A stretch of DNA of 63,015 nt, the filler included, from Basidiobolus ranarum (lineage: Eukaryota), in assembly GCA_040143965.1 (NCBI GenBank). It is 6 parts of 6 records of this genome, joined end to end, with 100 filler letters (N's around TTAATTAATTAA, not from the genome) between each part and the next. Parts side by side here need not be neighbours in the genome. Positions count along the whole stretch, not along the records: positions 21,099 to 31,518 come from JASJQH010007582.1; positions 31,619 to 42,023 come from JASJQH010007583.1; 4 more parts are not named here. The stretch is one strand, 5' to 3'. Below, one piece after another: positions 22,266 through 35,889 of this stretch. Numbering within the stretch: position 1 is the stretch's first letter; every line of letters begins with the position of its first letter. The notes under the pieces are model-generated. The model did no database searches, was not told where the DNA came from, and saw only the letters and a program-made list of their open reading frames with translations. The position numbers were made by a program, and so were the translations under genes.

Positions 22266-23069
22266 TCAGTTTGCTTGCCAGATAATGTTAGGGATATCAT
22301 AATAATACTTGGTGTAGGAAGCAGGGAAATTATAATTAGGGCCAAATCCTTCACCGTCAATAGCCAAGTACAAGCCGTTACGTTTAGTATTTAATCCTGC
22401 ACCAAAGAAGGTATCCTCTAATTGAGTATATGTAAAGGTAGTGCCGAGGGCAGGAAAACATGATTTATTACCCAATTGACGATAACATTGACCACTATAA
22501 ACGCCACGGCGTGTTTGGGTGGTATCATGGCCAAAGTTTTCTAGGAATTGATAGTGGTAACCCAAGCCCTCATTGCCATAGTCAGGGCCGAGTATCTTCG
22601 CAATCAGGAACCACTTCTTGTCTAGCCAAAAGTATCCAGAGTAAATAGTATCGTTACCACTGAATTCGGCGTCAACTCGTAAACGCATCTTCTCACCGGT
22701 TTTCCAGTTGTAAGGTAACCAAGCGTGGACTCCAGTACCTTCATGGCCAAAGGTAGCATTCAATACACCCTTCCCAAGTTCGATAACCTGAGCGAGATTA
22801 TCAGCATCTTTGTTCCACAATGAGAACAACACACGGCGGTCGGTAGGCGATGCGGTTTGTATACCCATGTAGCCACGATTAAATCCATTTGTACACCAGT
22901 AGGTGTGGCTTGGGGCGTAACCTTCGGTGACCTCGATATCACTTTCGAAGCTAGTGAATGGTACGGATACAGGTGACAGCATTGGATAGCTATAGATAGA
23001 AGTTCCTATAGAACTGACATGAAGAGGAAGTATGGCAGCAATTGCTGCAACAACGGTAGTAAACTTCAT
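22266..23069 (-). CDS. Secreted DUF3472-like protein (267 aa)
   Basis: Signal peptide MKFTTVVAAIAAILPLHVSS. YW..NGF..GYMGIQ..SPTDRRVLFSLW, FGHEGTG, YNWKTG, W.LIA and FLENF match my recollection of the bacterial DUF3472 family. Intronless. Confidence 0.75.
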   Translation of the reverse strand: MKFTTVVAAIAAILPLHVSSIGTSIYSYPMLSPVSVPFTSFESDIEVTEGYAPSHTYWCTNGFNRGYMGIQTASPTDRRVLFSLWNKDADNLAQVIELGKGVLNATFGHEGTGVHAWLPYNWKTGEKMRLRVDAEFSGNDTIYSGYFWLDKKWFLIAKILGPDYGNEGLGYHYQFLENFGHDTTQTRRGVYSGQCYRQLGNKSCFPALGTTFTYTQLEDTFFGAGLNTKRNGLYLAIDGEGFGPNYNFPASYTKYYYDIPNIIWQAN

Positions 23070-25996
23070 GGTGGCTGTGCTAAAACTAATTCTAGTAGTT
23101 ATGAATATTTATACGTGTTGAATTGAAAATCTCCACATGTCTCTTCCAATGAGACGGCTTGAAAACTCACCCTCAGGAAGAATCAAAATACCGGAAATTC
23201 TTATTCTTGATGAATCGTAGATCTTATCTTGGTATCGTAGATTTGTTACGATCTCCTTTGGGATATGAAATACCAAAGCGTACGAGCACGCTTTTCCATT
23301 TTGAAAGTGTCGAGATGCAGTGAATCTTCTATTTCTGAAGGAACTTTTGGATTGAGACTACTCCCTTTTTCTGTGCCAAACATTTACCAATAGAAGCTGT
23401 AAATACTTGGGGCTTAACTTTGGCCATCATAGTCTAGACTTCGGATGCTTAGATCCTCATTGGTAAGTAGATGTAATTTAGATGGCCCATTAGTTATATG
23501 GAACATTCGAAGAGTGGCTATTGACAGGCTGATGAAATTTCACTTGTTACATAATGCTTGCTGTATGCCTCCCCAAGGGTACGTATAACCCAAATACTCG
23601 AGACAAACGTGTGTACACATTGAATTATATGAAGTAACTGGATAAATTGGGCTGATTGTTGCTCAGATGAGGGTCTAGCTCATGTAGGGCAGTAGTTGTG
23701 GAAAATTTTCATTCAAATTGATGTTCACGGCTTAACCGAGTAATTGATTGATGCCGTGTTCCTAAGTGGTCTGAAATGATAGAACATGAGTGAACAAAGG
23801 CAGTAGTAATATCACGTCAAACCTACTAGTGTGGGATACAGCCTATCCATGAGGAAAATCATCATGTAAGATCCGAATACATTTGCATGTGCGCCACAGT
23901 CATAAATCTGATATCTGCCATAACTGGAACCGAATTAGCCGCAGGGGTCAGACTATTGTGGCTGAGAAACATCAACTGGATGAGTATCTAAAAGAGTAAT
24001 AGCTGTGAGCAAAACCAAATGTACATTGATTTTTCTTATCGTACATGAACAATCAACCTAAATGAAAATTGGTCTTAATCGCATCGAATTCCCCAAATAT
24101 CTTGTACATGATACCAGAATAGTCTTCTATCTTGGTGGTGTGTTTATCCCATCCCCAATGTTATTGATTATGGTAGTAATTTTTAGATTTAAGCAACTCT
24201 GTTGGGTTGATTCGAATTATACTGATACTTTCGCGCTTAACAATGTACAAGTAAGCTACACAATTTGAAACTTATAGTATGAAGGAGCATACAAAACCTA
24301 ACCTCAATTATGAAGACTCCCCAACCGCAATAAACCGTTTACTTTGAATCACACTGATGCCATTTCTCATCATCAATTTTAATGACTACAGCCTATCTCT
24401 TCCATATATTTCTTGTGCATAAACAACAAAAGCTGTTCGCATATTCTATGTGTTGCCTGCTTTAAACATATGGCTAGTTAAGCACTGAAAGTGGCAGGCA
24501 TTTGGCCTATTTTTAAATGCAAATTTCATCCAAATACACCCATAACAAAATGCATATTTCATGATTACTGCGTCTATCTACAAATTTCATACTATTTATG
24601 CTCTCATAATGAATTCCTTCAATGCTTAACATATTTCGCCACTGGACACAGAGATGGAAGCTGATAAATACAAGAGTTATGATGACATGCAAGGACTTTT
24701 GTTCATAGTTGCTAGCTATGAATAATACATACACCCCATGTTATATGAATGGGGTATGGACACTCGGAGTGATAGAACTGGTGAATATATGTTAATTTCC
24801 AGGCTAGGTTTTAGAATATTGAAATTAGATTTGGTAGGCATCATGACTGTATTGCCAAAAGTTGGGAAAATTAATGAAATTTAAATCACATTATTAACAA
24901 CATGCATACCAAGTTACAAACTTAAATCACAAGACCACAGCAATCCCAGATGCCCCAACGTCTTATTATGATATATATAATAGTTGTTTTAAATGAAAAA
25001 CCTACCAATTTGAATTCGCTGTGCTAAATAAAGATCGCATTGCAATAATTGGCTGGAAGATATATACATGCACTGGTCCCAACAGGTCAATTTGCTCAGA
25101 ATCCACTTGCTAAACGCTTTGGCCACTCCGATTATAATGATTTGTTCACCAATCAGGCGAGTTAGGACTCAACCAGATGATACCCCATGCTAGGTGTGAA
25201 GGCTCAGATATCATTTCATACAAATTCTGTCTGGCAGTATCAATGGCTCAATCTTGCTGCGAATTAAACCAAAGGTTGGATACCATTAGGTTCGATTTGT
25301 AAAACCGAACCACACCTGCGAGAATCCATAATCTTCAACCCTAGTCCCACATATAAGTAGTCTTCGATGAAGCATGGATGACAACAGCTATACAACAGAT
25401 ACTAATTTGCGATGTCTATTTAATCCTCTCTTTTCCCAAGTAGGCCATAAAGGATACCTGGGTGAAGTTCTAATGTTTCTATCGACAGGTCAATAGATTG
25501 TTTTCCCACCACAATCAGTGGACTTCAACCGAAACCAACGAGTATCACCAAGTTCCTACTTTGAGTATGGCTTACGGTTGCTCACTAGTTGCTAAGGAAC
25601 TTTCCATACTCAAAATGAGAAGCCACATGCACCGCAAATTCCATGCAATCTCCACTAGTAATTCATCACTGAACCTGCTATCAGCTGTTAGCTCTTTGTC
25701 GATGGGCCGTGTAACTTTGTTTATCACCTTTGAAAGCCAAAACTCGCATCTTGAGGTGAAACCTAATGACTGGATAATTCCACACCGTATCCCATAAGTG
25801 GTCTTAACGAAGTGGATCCAGTGCAGCCTATTCCGAAATGAAAATAAATTGATTACTGGCTAGATGATACCATTCAACCTGCTTATTTGCCAATAGCTCC
25901 GCATCGTGAGAAATCAGATTTTGTGATGGATTCGCCCATTGTGCAGTCTGCTATATATACCCATTGTGCCAACCTACACACCACATCAGCAAAACA

Positions 25997-27176
25997 ATGA
26001 CAGTATCAATCGAAGCCATCCCTGTTCTCGACTTGTCCCTTTGGGCATCTTCAGACCCGGAGAAGAGAGAAGCCTTCTTGAAATCGCTTCGCTATGCTCT
26101 AATTCATGTGGGCTTTTTTTACGTAAAGAATCATGCAGCTTCGCCAAACTTGTTGAAGGAAATTCTCCTGCAAACAAGGAAGTTTTTCCAACTACCAATT
26201 GAAGATAAACAGTCTTTACGGATTGAAAACAGTCCTCAATTTCGTGGTTACACCGCTATGAGTAAGTACAATATTGGAAAATCGCAGTATGATGAGGAAG
26301 AGTTACCTAACTGATGTTCAACTTTTCAAGAGCATGAGGTAACCGATCATAAGTTAGACAATCGCGAGCAGATTGATTTTGGATCAGAATTACCCGTCAA
26401 TCGCAATTTAACCAGCGACATGCCTCCCTTCTTGCGTCTAACGGGCCCTAATCAATGGCCCGACCATAACTTGTTGCCAGAATTCAAACCAACCGTGCTA
26501 GAATTCATGGAGGAAACTGAACGCATCGCGTTGAGCTTAATTCAGGCCATTGCTGAAGTACTTGGCTTACCCAACAATTTCTTTGATTCTACATTTAGCG
26601 AAGAGCCCTACTATCGTCTTAAAGTTGTACGTTACCCTTCTATGGGCGACCCAGTAGATCAGCCAGAAAACCATGGACTAGGAGTTGGACCACACAAGGT
26701 AAGGCATGATCATTGAGGTGTAGCCTTTTAATCGACATGTAACTTAGCTCTTTATTAAGGATTATGGATTTCTTACCATTTTGCTCCAAGATGATGTGGG
26801 AGGTTTGCAAATTCAAACGCAACAAGGCAAATGGATTGATGCACCCTCAATCCCTGATACATTTGTTGTTAACATCGGGGAGGCTTTTGAACGTCTAACA
26901 CAACGCTGTTTCATAGCTACTACCCATCGTGTTCTCAACAACAGGTCGGGTAAGGATCGTTACTCTGTCCCATTCTTCTTTAATCCATCACTTTCTGCTC
27001 GCGTACCTGACATCGTCGTACCGGAGGATATTTTGGCCGAGTCCAGTCGAACATACGTCTCGGATGTCAAACAACATCAACTACTTCAAGATCCAGCATA
27101 TGGTATAAATGCCCTTGGTGGTCTCTGTAGATCACATCGAGCTGTTGTGGAGAGGCATTATCCGGAACTCTTGTAA
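25997..27176 (+). CDS. 2-oxoglutarate/Fe(II) dioxygenase (IPNS/DIOX_N-like); exons 25997-26261, 26331-26698, 26760-27176
   Basis: IPVLDLS, VGFFYVKNH, FRGY, GPNQWP, GVGPHK|DYGFLTILLQD (HxD across intron 2), VNIGE, THRV and RYS (RxS). Two GT-AG introns keep the frame. Confidence 0.93.
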
Positions 27177-30100
27177 ATTCTTCGTTGTCCCTTAATAGTG
27201 GAAGAATCTCCATATTTTAAATCATCGTAATAAACGAAGCTTACGTCGCATAAACTCCTAATTTTCGATAGATTAGTTATTCTATTACCTTTCCCTTACG
27301 TCACTTTGGCTTGTAGCTACCTATGGGGATGTTGCTGAGTCTTGTGCCTGATAGCGCTCTGTTCATACTGAATTTTCATACTCGATGTGCAAAAGCCACA
27401 CCGCTCTGGCCGAATATATACCTATTCAACGGGCTGCCCTTGTGACGGCAAGTCAAGTCCTTGGCTCCTAGTCCATGGAAGTGTTCTATAGTAGCTGATT
27501 GCAAACGGTAGAAAGAGGAACTGGAAGCTTCATCATAGAATTAGTAATATTTCACTTACATTAACTGAGAAAAGATGATTTTCGTGGGATTGAGAATTCA
27601 GCTGATATTTCATATTTTCACTACGTTGAGCAGAAATAATGGTATGAGTGACTTGACGGCCATCCTTCCTACAAGTCCTTGCTCTTCATGAGTGTCACCC
27701 GTGTAAATTCTGGCATACTTGACCAGAGTTGTAATTACAAGTTTACGCTAACACTTTTCACTCAATATAGGAAATTTTACTGGAATCAATGAAAGGGATA
27801 ATTGTAATTCTTGTACTACCAATGGAAGTCAGTCCTAATTTATAGTGGTACAACTCTCAAGCTGGTATTCTCAAGGTTTTGGTAGAAGTGTATCTGGAGT
27901 CAATGATGTTCAGTTCTCAGGTCTTTGTACCAAATGGAGGATAAGAGGAATGCATTCGGATGCAATGAATACTCTAACTCACTGATGCATTTTGATAATG
28001 TTTGAAGCGAAAATGGATCAGTAATGAGCCACAGTACTGAGACGTTGTGCTACGAATCTTTGGACGCTTAGTGAGTGGCTTAAAATAGGAACGATAGGAC
28101 CTATCGATTCATTTGAAATGTAAATTTCAATCATGGTATTCTATAATAAGTGACGTAGAGAGCATTTTTCGCTCCAACAACAATTGATTGTGATAATTCT
28201 TGAATTCAAACCAGAAATTAGTAGCCAAGAATAGCTATGCAGGAGCAAGAAATGGTGAGGAGTTGGGTGAGAAGAACAATGGAAAGTCACAGCCATCTGG
28301 TGATCAAGGAATTTCCTATATTGGTCAGCACTAACCATATAGAGTGAAGATACTATGTGCTCCCACCCTGGTCATAACACTCATGTTGACCATATTTCAG
28401 TCGCAATATTGCGTAAGAGTGTAAGGTGGTGCAAGGATTTTAGTGCATACTGTGTGAGCTATGTTAGTTACCTAATCACCAAATTGATGCGGTTGTTGCT
28501 ATGAATAAAGCCAGTTTTGTTACTCAAACAAATAAAGATGATATTATGTGTTTAAGAACGAGGAGATCTTCAAAATCTATTCCCTCAATAAGGTTTGGAC
28601 TCCCACATTACTTAGGTGCCTAATTTTGGGGCTGAGTTTGGTAAAATCTACTTGCTGTTTGCCACTGGTATGTACCAGTTTCTTGCATCCCCTTTTGCTA
28701 TCAGGACACACTTGCCTCTTAACGAGAACAACGAGGCGGATCAATTCTAAGAGTATATTTGATACAACGAAGATGTCTACAGAGAGAATGCGAATCTAGT
28801 GATATGTATTGCGATCTAAAAGCAGTGATCAGATTCTGGCTCAAACGAATTTCTTCAGCATAGTTTCTATTGAAAAATGGACTTTCGTTGCGTTAGTGCA
28901 AGGCTCGGATCTAACTTAGACAGCATTCTTGATACATTGCCAGAAACCCCAGAATAGCTTATTCTATCCCCTAATCAAACCGTGGTCGAGACATCCCCAT
29001 CTCACAAGGTCCTAAAAGCCAATTGATGTCCTTGTGTCAGGCTGCTAGGATACTTGCTGCAGATATGATATGAAACAGTGGGCTTAATATGGATTCCATG
29101 TAATTACATACTGTGGGAGAAAGAGGTCACAAATACCAAACATTGCAGGACATCACCAAACTCAACGCTCTAATGATAGCAATCAGTTTATTGACTCATC
29201 ATGGGACTTCTTGCCGAACTCCAAAAAAAAACTAGAAAGCACTCACTTCAGCCGTATTCTTTGCAAAAACACCCCGATGATTGTACAGTACGAAGTGCAG
29301 TGAAAGAGTACCCGACATTGATGGTGCACATGTCAGCGCCATACGGCTTGCTCTAAAAGCAGTTTATCGTAAATATTGTTTGACATCTTTGACCACCTCT
29401 TTTAAGTGATTTTGTTGATCCAAAATATTTAGTTGTAGCTTATATTATACTGATGAGATGCGCAGTCGGTCACGTTATTAGATTAACACCCAGTTAAGGC
29501 ACCTCCATCACTTCTAAACTGCGAGCCGTATACGGTAGATACCGTTTTGAACTAGCAATAGCTACTTCTAAGTTACTAACTCCGGTCACTCAACCAACTG
29601 GATGCATCACTGATATATGTAGGATTTGATAGTCTATACCATATTTGTTACACTAGAATGTCACGAGGAGCTTGATTCACTGATTCATGAGCACTGAGGT
29701 GGCGCATCATTTTATTTGATGTGATGAGGAATGTTTGGCTGATATTCCTCATGTACTCCATGTATGGTGTAACTTGAAATTTCGAAGTATAGCCACTGAT
29801 TAATTGCCGTGGTTAGCATGTTGCTAATCCGTAGTAGAAGATAAACTTAGTTATAGAATACTTTACCAAATGACTATGTTCCTAGGCATGTTTCTGCTAA
29901 TTTATATTGTGTTCATCAAATAGGTTTAACTCAATATTATAACTACTCTCTGAGTGGAGAGGAATATTGATTTCTACATATTGCCAGAATTTTACTAGTA
30001 CACAAATGATCTATATACGATCATGATAGTCTTTCAACAAGCACAGTGTGTTAGCAATCACATTTTACTTATGTGCAAGAGATAATCAAAGCAACAGATA

Positions 30101-31393
30101 TTGAAAGTACAATATTCAAATGGATTGCAACTCTCTCTCTATATATATATATGTATACATTTTGTTCATACTAAGATAGATTAAACTCCAGAGATAGATG
30201 CTATAGTAAACCTTTGCCGTAAATACATCAAGTCTCGCAAGAAATGAAAGTTTCTCATAGTGTCGCTATTCAAAAATGGTAGAGTTAATAGTGTGTAACA
30301 GGTTATACTTCATTCAATATTTTAATGGCTTTCCAACATATGATAGAAAAAGCGTATAAATTCCACCTTGTGTTTATTGATTGCACAATAGGTATTTATA
30401 AGCAGGTCGGGAATGGGGAAAAGTCGGTTGTTTTTAAACTGCCGAGGAAATTGGAGAGAGCATCCCGAAGTATTGAATAAGTTCGAAAATACTGTCTTTA
30501 CTCAATACTTTTAAGATATATCTAAAGCAATAACTCAATTTAACTTCAACAGTCAGCAAACAAACATTGAATAGCTCATACTTGAATGAAGAATAATTTG
30601 GTTTTTAACACTACTATTTAAACACATTACTAAGCTAAAAAATTGGATCTCCTAGTCCTGAGTTACTTTATATTTCTACATATTTGCCTAAAGATTTAAT
30701 ACAATGTCTGCTACCATTTATTTATTTGAATAGATCATTAAGATCTGATTTAGTGTGCATGGTCTGGTAGAGTGCTGTATGTCACTCTAAAAACAACGAT
30801 AGAGAATTCTAAATTGTTAATCCTCCAATACTTGCATCTTGCAAAATTCGAAACAAACATCATTGAACTAGTCTTTTCATGATATTTCCATACAAGCAAT
30901 GTTGACTGGTAAAGAGTTAGGATTGATGTAGGGCATCATTATTGAATGCTCAACTAGTGTGTTAGTATGAAGCTTATTTTTCCATTCTTGAAAGAAATAT
31001 GTTCAGAAGTAAGTGTAAATTATTCAACTATAAGTACTATCATATATCTATTACATCTCAACCTTTTGACTATTAGATTGTGCATGCAAAATTATTTAGT
31101 GGTATTTTTATCAACTGGCCTAAGCTGTAATGAAAAATCATCTATCTACGTGTGTGACAGTACCCTAAAAATTCAGAATGAAACTAGCAAAATAGGGTGA
31201 ATGATTATTGCAGTAGTAGATCATGTATACAATGTGCTTTGAATGCTTGGGGTGGAAAATATATATGCCTTGATTGGAGATGAAATAAGAAATCAGTTGT
31301 ACTCCTGGAATTCAGCACATAGCAACATTATGTCAATAATAACTTTTGAGAAAGCCCATGAAAATACACAATCACAACGATTTAGGGTCTATG

Positions 31394-31518
31394 TGTTGTA
31401 ATTAGCTTTGCCTAAACACCTATATAGTCATATATAGCTTAGTACTTAGTTATCTTATAATTCACTAAGATATTATCCATTATTCTCATGAGGAATTTAC
31501 TTAGAAGTTCTCAGATAT
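31394..31518 (+). mobile_element. Copia-family LTR, truncated by the contig end
   Basis: TGTTGTAATTAGCTTTGCCTAAACACCTATATAGTCATATATAGC...GAAGTTCTCAGATAT matches the 5' third of the family LTR. Confidence 0.85.
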
Positions 31519-31618
31519 NNNNNNNNNNNNNNNNNNNNNNNNNNNNNNNNNNNNNNNNNNNNTTAATTAATTAANNNNNNNNNNNNNNNNNNNNNNNNNN
31601 NNNNNNNNNNNNNNNNNN
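31519..31618. other. Artificial contig spacer
   Basis: N44-TTAATTAATTAA-N44. Confidence 0.98.
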
Positions 31619-32641
31619 TGCGGGGACGGAGCTGTCTTCTGACAAGAAAGACATGGCAAGTGTCTGCAAATATACTGGTATATTACTTTTTCTATTATGA
31701 AAGGAGACAAGTGAAGCCTAATATACGCTAGATGATCTAGTCATATTAGATATATTTCTGAGTGAAGATGCGATTCAATCTAATTGGTAAATCCACTTAC
31801 TACGGATTTTCCACTTCTGATAAAATTGTATTCATGTCAATATTTGCACTCACATTTATATCCATATGCGTTTACATTTCAAACGATACAGGCACATCAT
31901 CCACCGATTGGGATACCTATACGATAGATATGAGAGTGAACCCCAAAGTAGAAATAAGCCTAAATATGGATAGCGAAGAAGTTGACATGGGAAGCGACTG
32001 GGATTTATGAATAGACACCACAGTAAACGATACCGAGTTCCTATTATCATGGTCACTATCCTACTGTTGAAGAACCAAGAAGTGAAAAACAATTCACCCA
32101 CTAGCTTTGCTTTGCATAACCACTAGCTTTAAATATGCTCACACTTGCACGTCAAGGTTGAGACGTACAATTCACTAATACTACAACAAATGATAGGTCT
32201 GTGAGTGTAGTTTCATCGTCTACAGATGCATTGGTAGCGATTATATACTACAGATAGATAAAAATGAACCCAATAATCCACTTGAAATGAGAGGTAGATA
32301 GTAACCTAGAATACTACAGGGACAAGACTCATAAACTACTAACTTTGCCAACTGTTGGAATGAGTAACACCACTAATAGAAGCATTGAAGACATTACTAA
32401 AATGAATCCTATGCAAGTTTAACGCAAATATGATCTTTTAATGAGTGAAATATTATTTATACTGTACAGACAGTTCATCATGCAACTTTCGCTTTACATT
32501 GGGGGCATTATCAACTCCTGTATGACATGTCCTGCTGAAATCCTGAAGAGAATATGACGACTAAAAGAATAATTGGAAGCTAACTGAAAATATACAATAA
32601 GAGATGAAGTAGTTCCGTGTGGGACGCGTGCCAAGGATAAG

Positions 32642-34895
32642 CTATATTTCGATATTACTTCCTGGTAGTTGTGCTTGATTAAACATCGATACAAATACAT
32701 CCCAAAGCTCAAAATCATACTCAGTGGAGTCTTTAATGTCTACATCTTCAAAGAGCGACGAGCTATTTACAGTCTTTTCAGTTGATTTCAAAGCATTCAT
32801 GTCGGTAAGTGGAGGGGTTTGGTCCGAATCACCTTCTGATATTACTTTTAGTTCCGTTAATGCCACGAGGTTAGTACTAAAGGTAGGATCTGTAGAGGAG
32901 GATGAAATTGAAGGTGAACTAGAGGATCGAGAATGTGGAGAGTGCTCTGGAGTGGCTGTGCGCACGTTAGCATAAGTTTGTTGAGGTTGTACAAGCAAGC
33001 TTTCAGAATCGTGTCGAGAAGGCAGACTGGCTAGATAATCGGCTGTAGAAAGTTGTTCGTTGGACGGGGAATAGATCACTGGCTGCTGTGAGTCAGACAC
33101 CATGTCTGAAAGTCCATGAGACTGGATCATATCCTCGACGAAGAGTAAGTTTCGGTAGAAGATTGATGAGTGGATATCAAGTTTCTTAAGGATGTTAAGG
33201 TTGACAATCAGATTAGCCTTGGAGGCATAAGCCAAATTAGAGTCCGATGAAGTTATGTTCATCATGTGAATAGTATTCGCACAGAATATAAATGTCACTT
33301 TGCCTTGTATCTCATGCAATAAACATGATGTGGGGATATGATACAGAATATAGGAAATGATGCTAGCCGATTTAGCACATGCTTGGAGTGCGAGATTATT
33401 GAATGGAGATGTGTTGTCGCCGGAAGGTGCAATGTATGGGCGATTGGTCAAGATGACGGTGTAGTGGTAATACAGTGCCAACATGGTGACATATTGGTTG
33501 TTCGGTCGACTAAGAGTAATGTCATACCAGAACTCTGGTAGAAGTGTAGCATTCCAATCGCTTAGCAATTTATTGAGATGTAGGAGTGTATCACGCGCTT
33601 TCAGTTTGCTCTGTTTTGCTACTCCATAAACAGTACGAAGAGTTTGTGCCAAGATCGTGAATAAGCGAATAACCTGATTGAAATAGCGAACACTTCCGGC
33701 AAATTCATCTTCTCTTGGGTTTTTGTCGAAATTTTTGTAACGAACATCTACAGGGAGTTTAACATCACAATCCTCATCATCAATGAGCATAGGTCTTCCA
33801 AAAATTGCACTGCTTAGCCGGTCGTAGAAGAAACATCCCCACCAAGCAAGTTGTCGATTTTGCGCCTGCACCAAATCCATCTTCTCCAGATCGAAATTTC
33901 GATGAAGTCCTAACTCTTGCCCTAATCGAATGGCCATACCACTAAATATCCAACCTCCTTGCGGATAAAGAGACATGAGGATCAATGCTTGAACCGTCTG
34001 TACAGAAGGGGTTAGATATTCTTTATGGAGGTAGGCCTTTGCTTGAGAAAAAAAGTAATTTTTTACTCTCGTATGGGTTTCTGCATCATCAAATATGTCA
34101 CCTATTTGAACATGTAGGCAGACCAAAGCATATATTGAGTTCAATAAGGCCAATGACACTTCCTTTCCCGAGTTGATTCGATCCTGAAAATCGACCTTGT
34201 TGAAGATAGGAATGTATCTATGATATCTATCAAAGTAAATCGACAGTAACCGTGTGGTGAGTTCTTGCAATGGGAAATCGTTTGATAATGCCAGTGGAAT
34301 ACTACCACTACTGTTTAAAGGGGATTTTTGCTCTTGTATTAGTCCTTCTCGGTTGTATCTCCCACCCTCTAAAGCGTATATCCCCGAACTGCTTCCTAAA
34401 TATCGAAAAGATTTCCTTTTCTCCAGTGCTAAATCACCCAGGCTTTTGGTGATCTTTAACAAAGCATTTTCTTCTTCATCCTCTTCTTTGAGAGAGACAT
34501 CTGCACTCTTTGAGTTTGAAGGGACAAGGTATTAATTTTAAATTTAGTAAATATTGTTGAAATTGAGAAGAACTCATTTTCAGCATGTGTAAATATTTTA
34601 CCTCAGGAAAGAGTCGTATTTCCTCATGTACTCTCATGTGATTTTCTTCTACTAGAGGTAGTATTAGCATTTCTAGTCTTTCTAAACGACTCTCAAGCAA
34701 CCTGTTCTGTGAAGGATTAGGACCCCTTTTTTTACGTTTATATGTAAAAGTACAATCATATCCAAAAGAAGCACAATGAGAACAAGCCGGTGTTGCTCCG
34801 TCACATCGGCTTTTTTTCCTACGGCATATATCGCATGCACGAGAAGATTTTGGTTTTCTCGCGGGAAAAGAGCTATATTCTGGCAAGAGAGACAT
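32642..34895 (-). CDS. Zn2Cys6 + Fungal_trans transcription factor, copy 1; exons 34895-34602 and 34507-32642
   Basis: RACDICRRKKSRCDGATPACSHCASFGYDC zinc cluster, coiled coil LESRLERLE, a phase-0 GT-AG intron, the middle homology region GMAIRLGQELGLHR...RQLAWWGCFFYDR...GRP, and an acidic C-terminus. Confidence 0.93.
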
Positions 34896-35889
34896 ATCAG
34901 GTTTCTATGAATATGATTGTGCATCACCTCTTTAATTATGATATCAGGAGGGTTATTAATTTTCATACCAGTCAAGTTGATGCAGCCCTATTAGGAATTT
35001 GTCGGTACATGATCGTCGGAATACTATGGCGGGAAACTGCGATTCATGTATATTTACTGCGGATTCTCATGAATTCTACTGTGTAAGTCAACTGCTGCCA
35101 AATTTTGGCGATATTTGAAATCAGTTGGCTGAGCAGGGCTACCTATGGGTGAGTTAGTAGAAAATATTCTCATCAAAACATATGTCACGACTTGAAACCA
35201 TTATCCTGCACCATATGGCGACTCACTTGGGTAACGATCGATCAATTTGGATATTGTAAGTTGTTGCAACCTGAAAGGTGAACTAAACCTGAATAGGATA
35301 AGAGACCGTAAACTAATCTTCCAATTTGAACCCAAGGGTGAAGGATCGAGCAAACCAAGTTGCTGGTTTTTATCAAAACTTCTCTTTGGATACCAGAAGC
35401 TTATTGTACAGTTTTATGGTAAACTATCTGAAATTCTTAGGGACATTTTCAACATATTTCCAAATCTTAAGTATGATTATCGAATATGAGCTTGTAGTAA
35501 GCTATGTTTAATATGCCGAACTGCTCATGTGGAACGGAATGTTCAACTAGGGCCAGGAAAATACATTCAGTTAGATATCGTAAAAGGTGATAGCGAGTTC
35601 TGCTATTGCCACAATCTTACTGTATGATAATAGCAAATCTAATCTAAATATTAACTTGTCAAATGACAGATGTATGTATACATTAAACATAATTTCCATG
35701 TAAACTTTAAACACGAATGTCGCCTTCACTGTCCAAAAACCCGTATTGAGCATTCTCAGCTCATCTACGATATACACACAGTCGATGAACCAAAGGAAAT
35801 AGGTTGATAAGAAGTATGGCTCGAAAACTAACTAAAAATGTAAAATAATGGTTGGTGCAGCTCAGCGTAAGACGTGTGTGATAGATGAG

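Noticed and set aside
25289-25311. GGTTCG...CGAACC hairpin resembling a tRNA T-arm
   Set aside because: No cloverleaf, acceptor stem or A box around it. No tRNA or rRNA gene was recognised anywhere in the window.
6728-27176. Purine-catabolism cluster linking the uricases, the MFS transporter and the 2OG dioxygenase
   Set aside because: The genes lie on three different contigs separated by artificial spacers.
27300-31390. Short ORFs in the gene-poor 4-kb stretch
   Set aside because: No motifs, splice-consistent structure or repeats that I could support.
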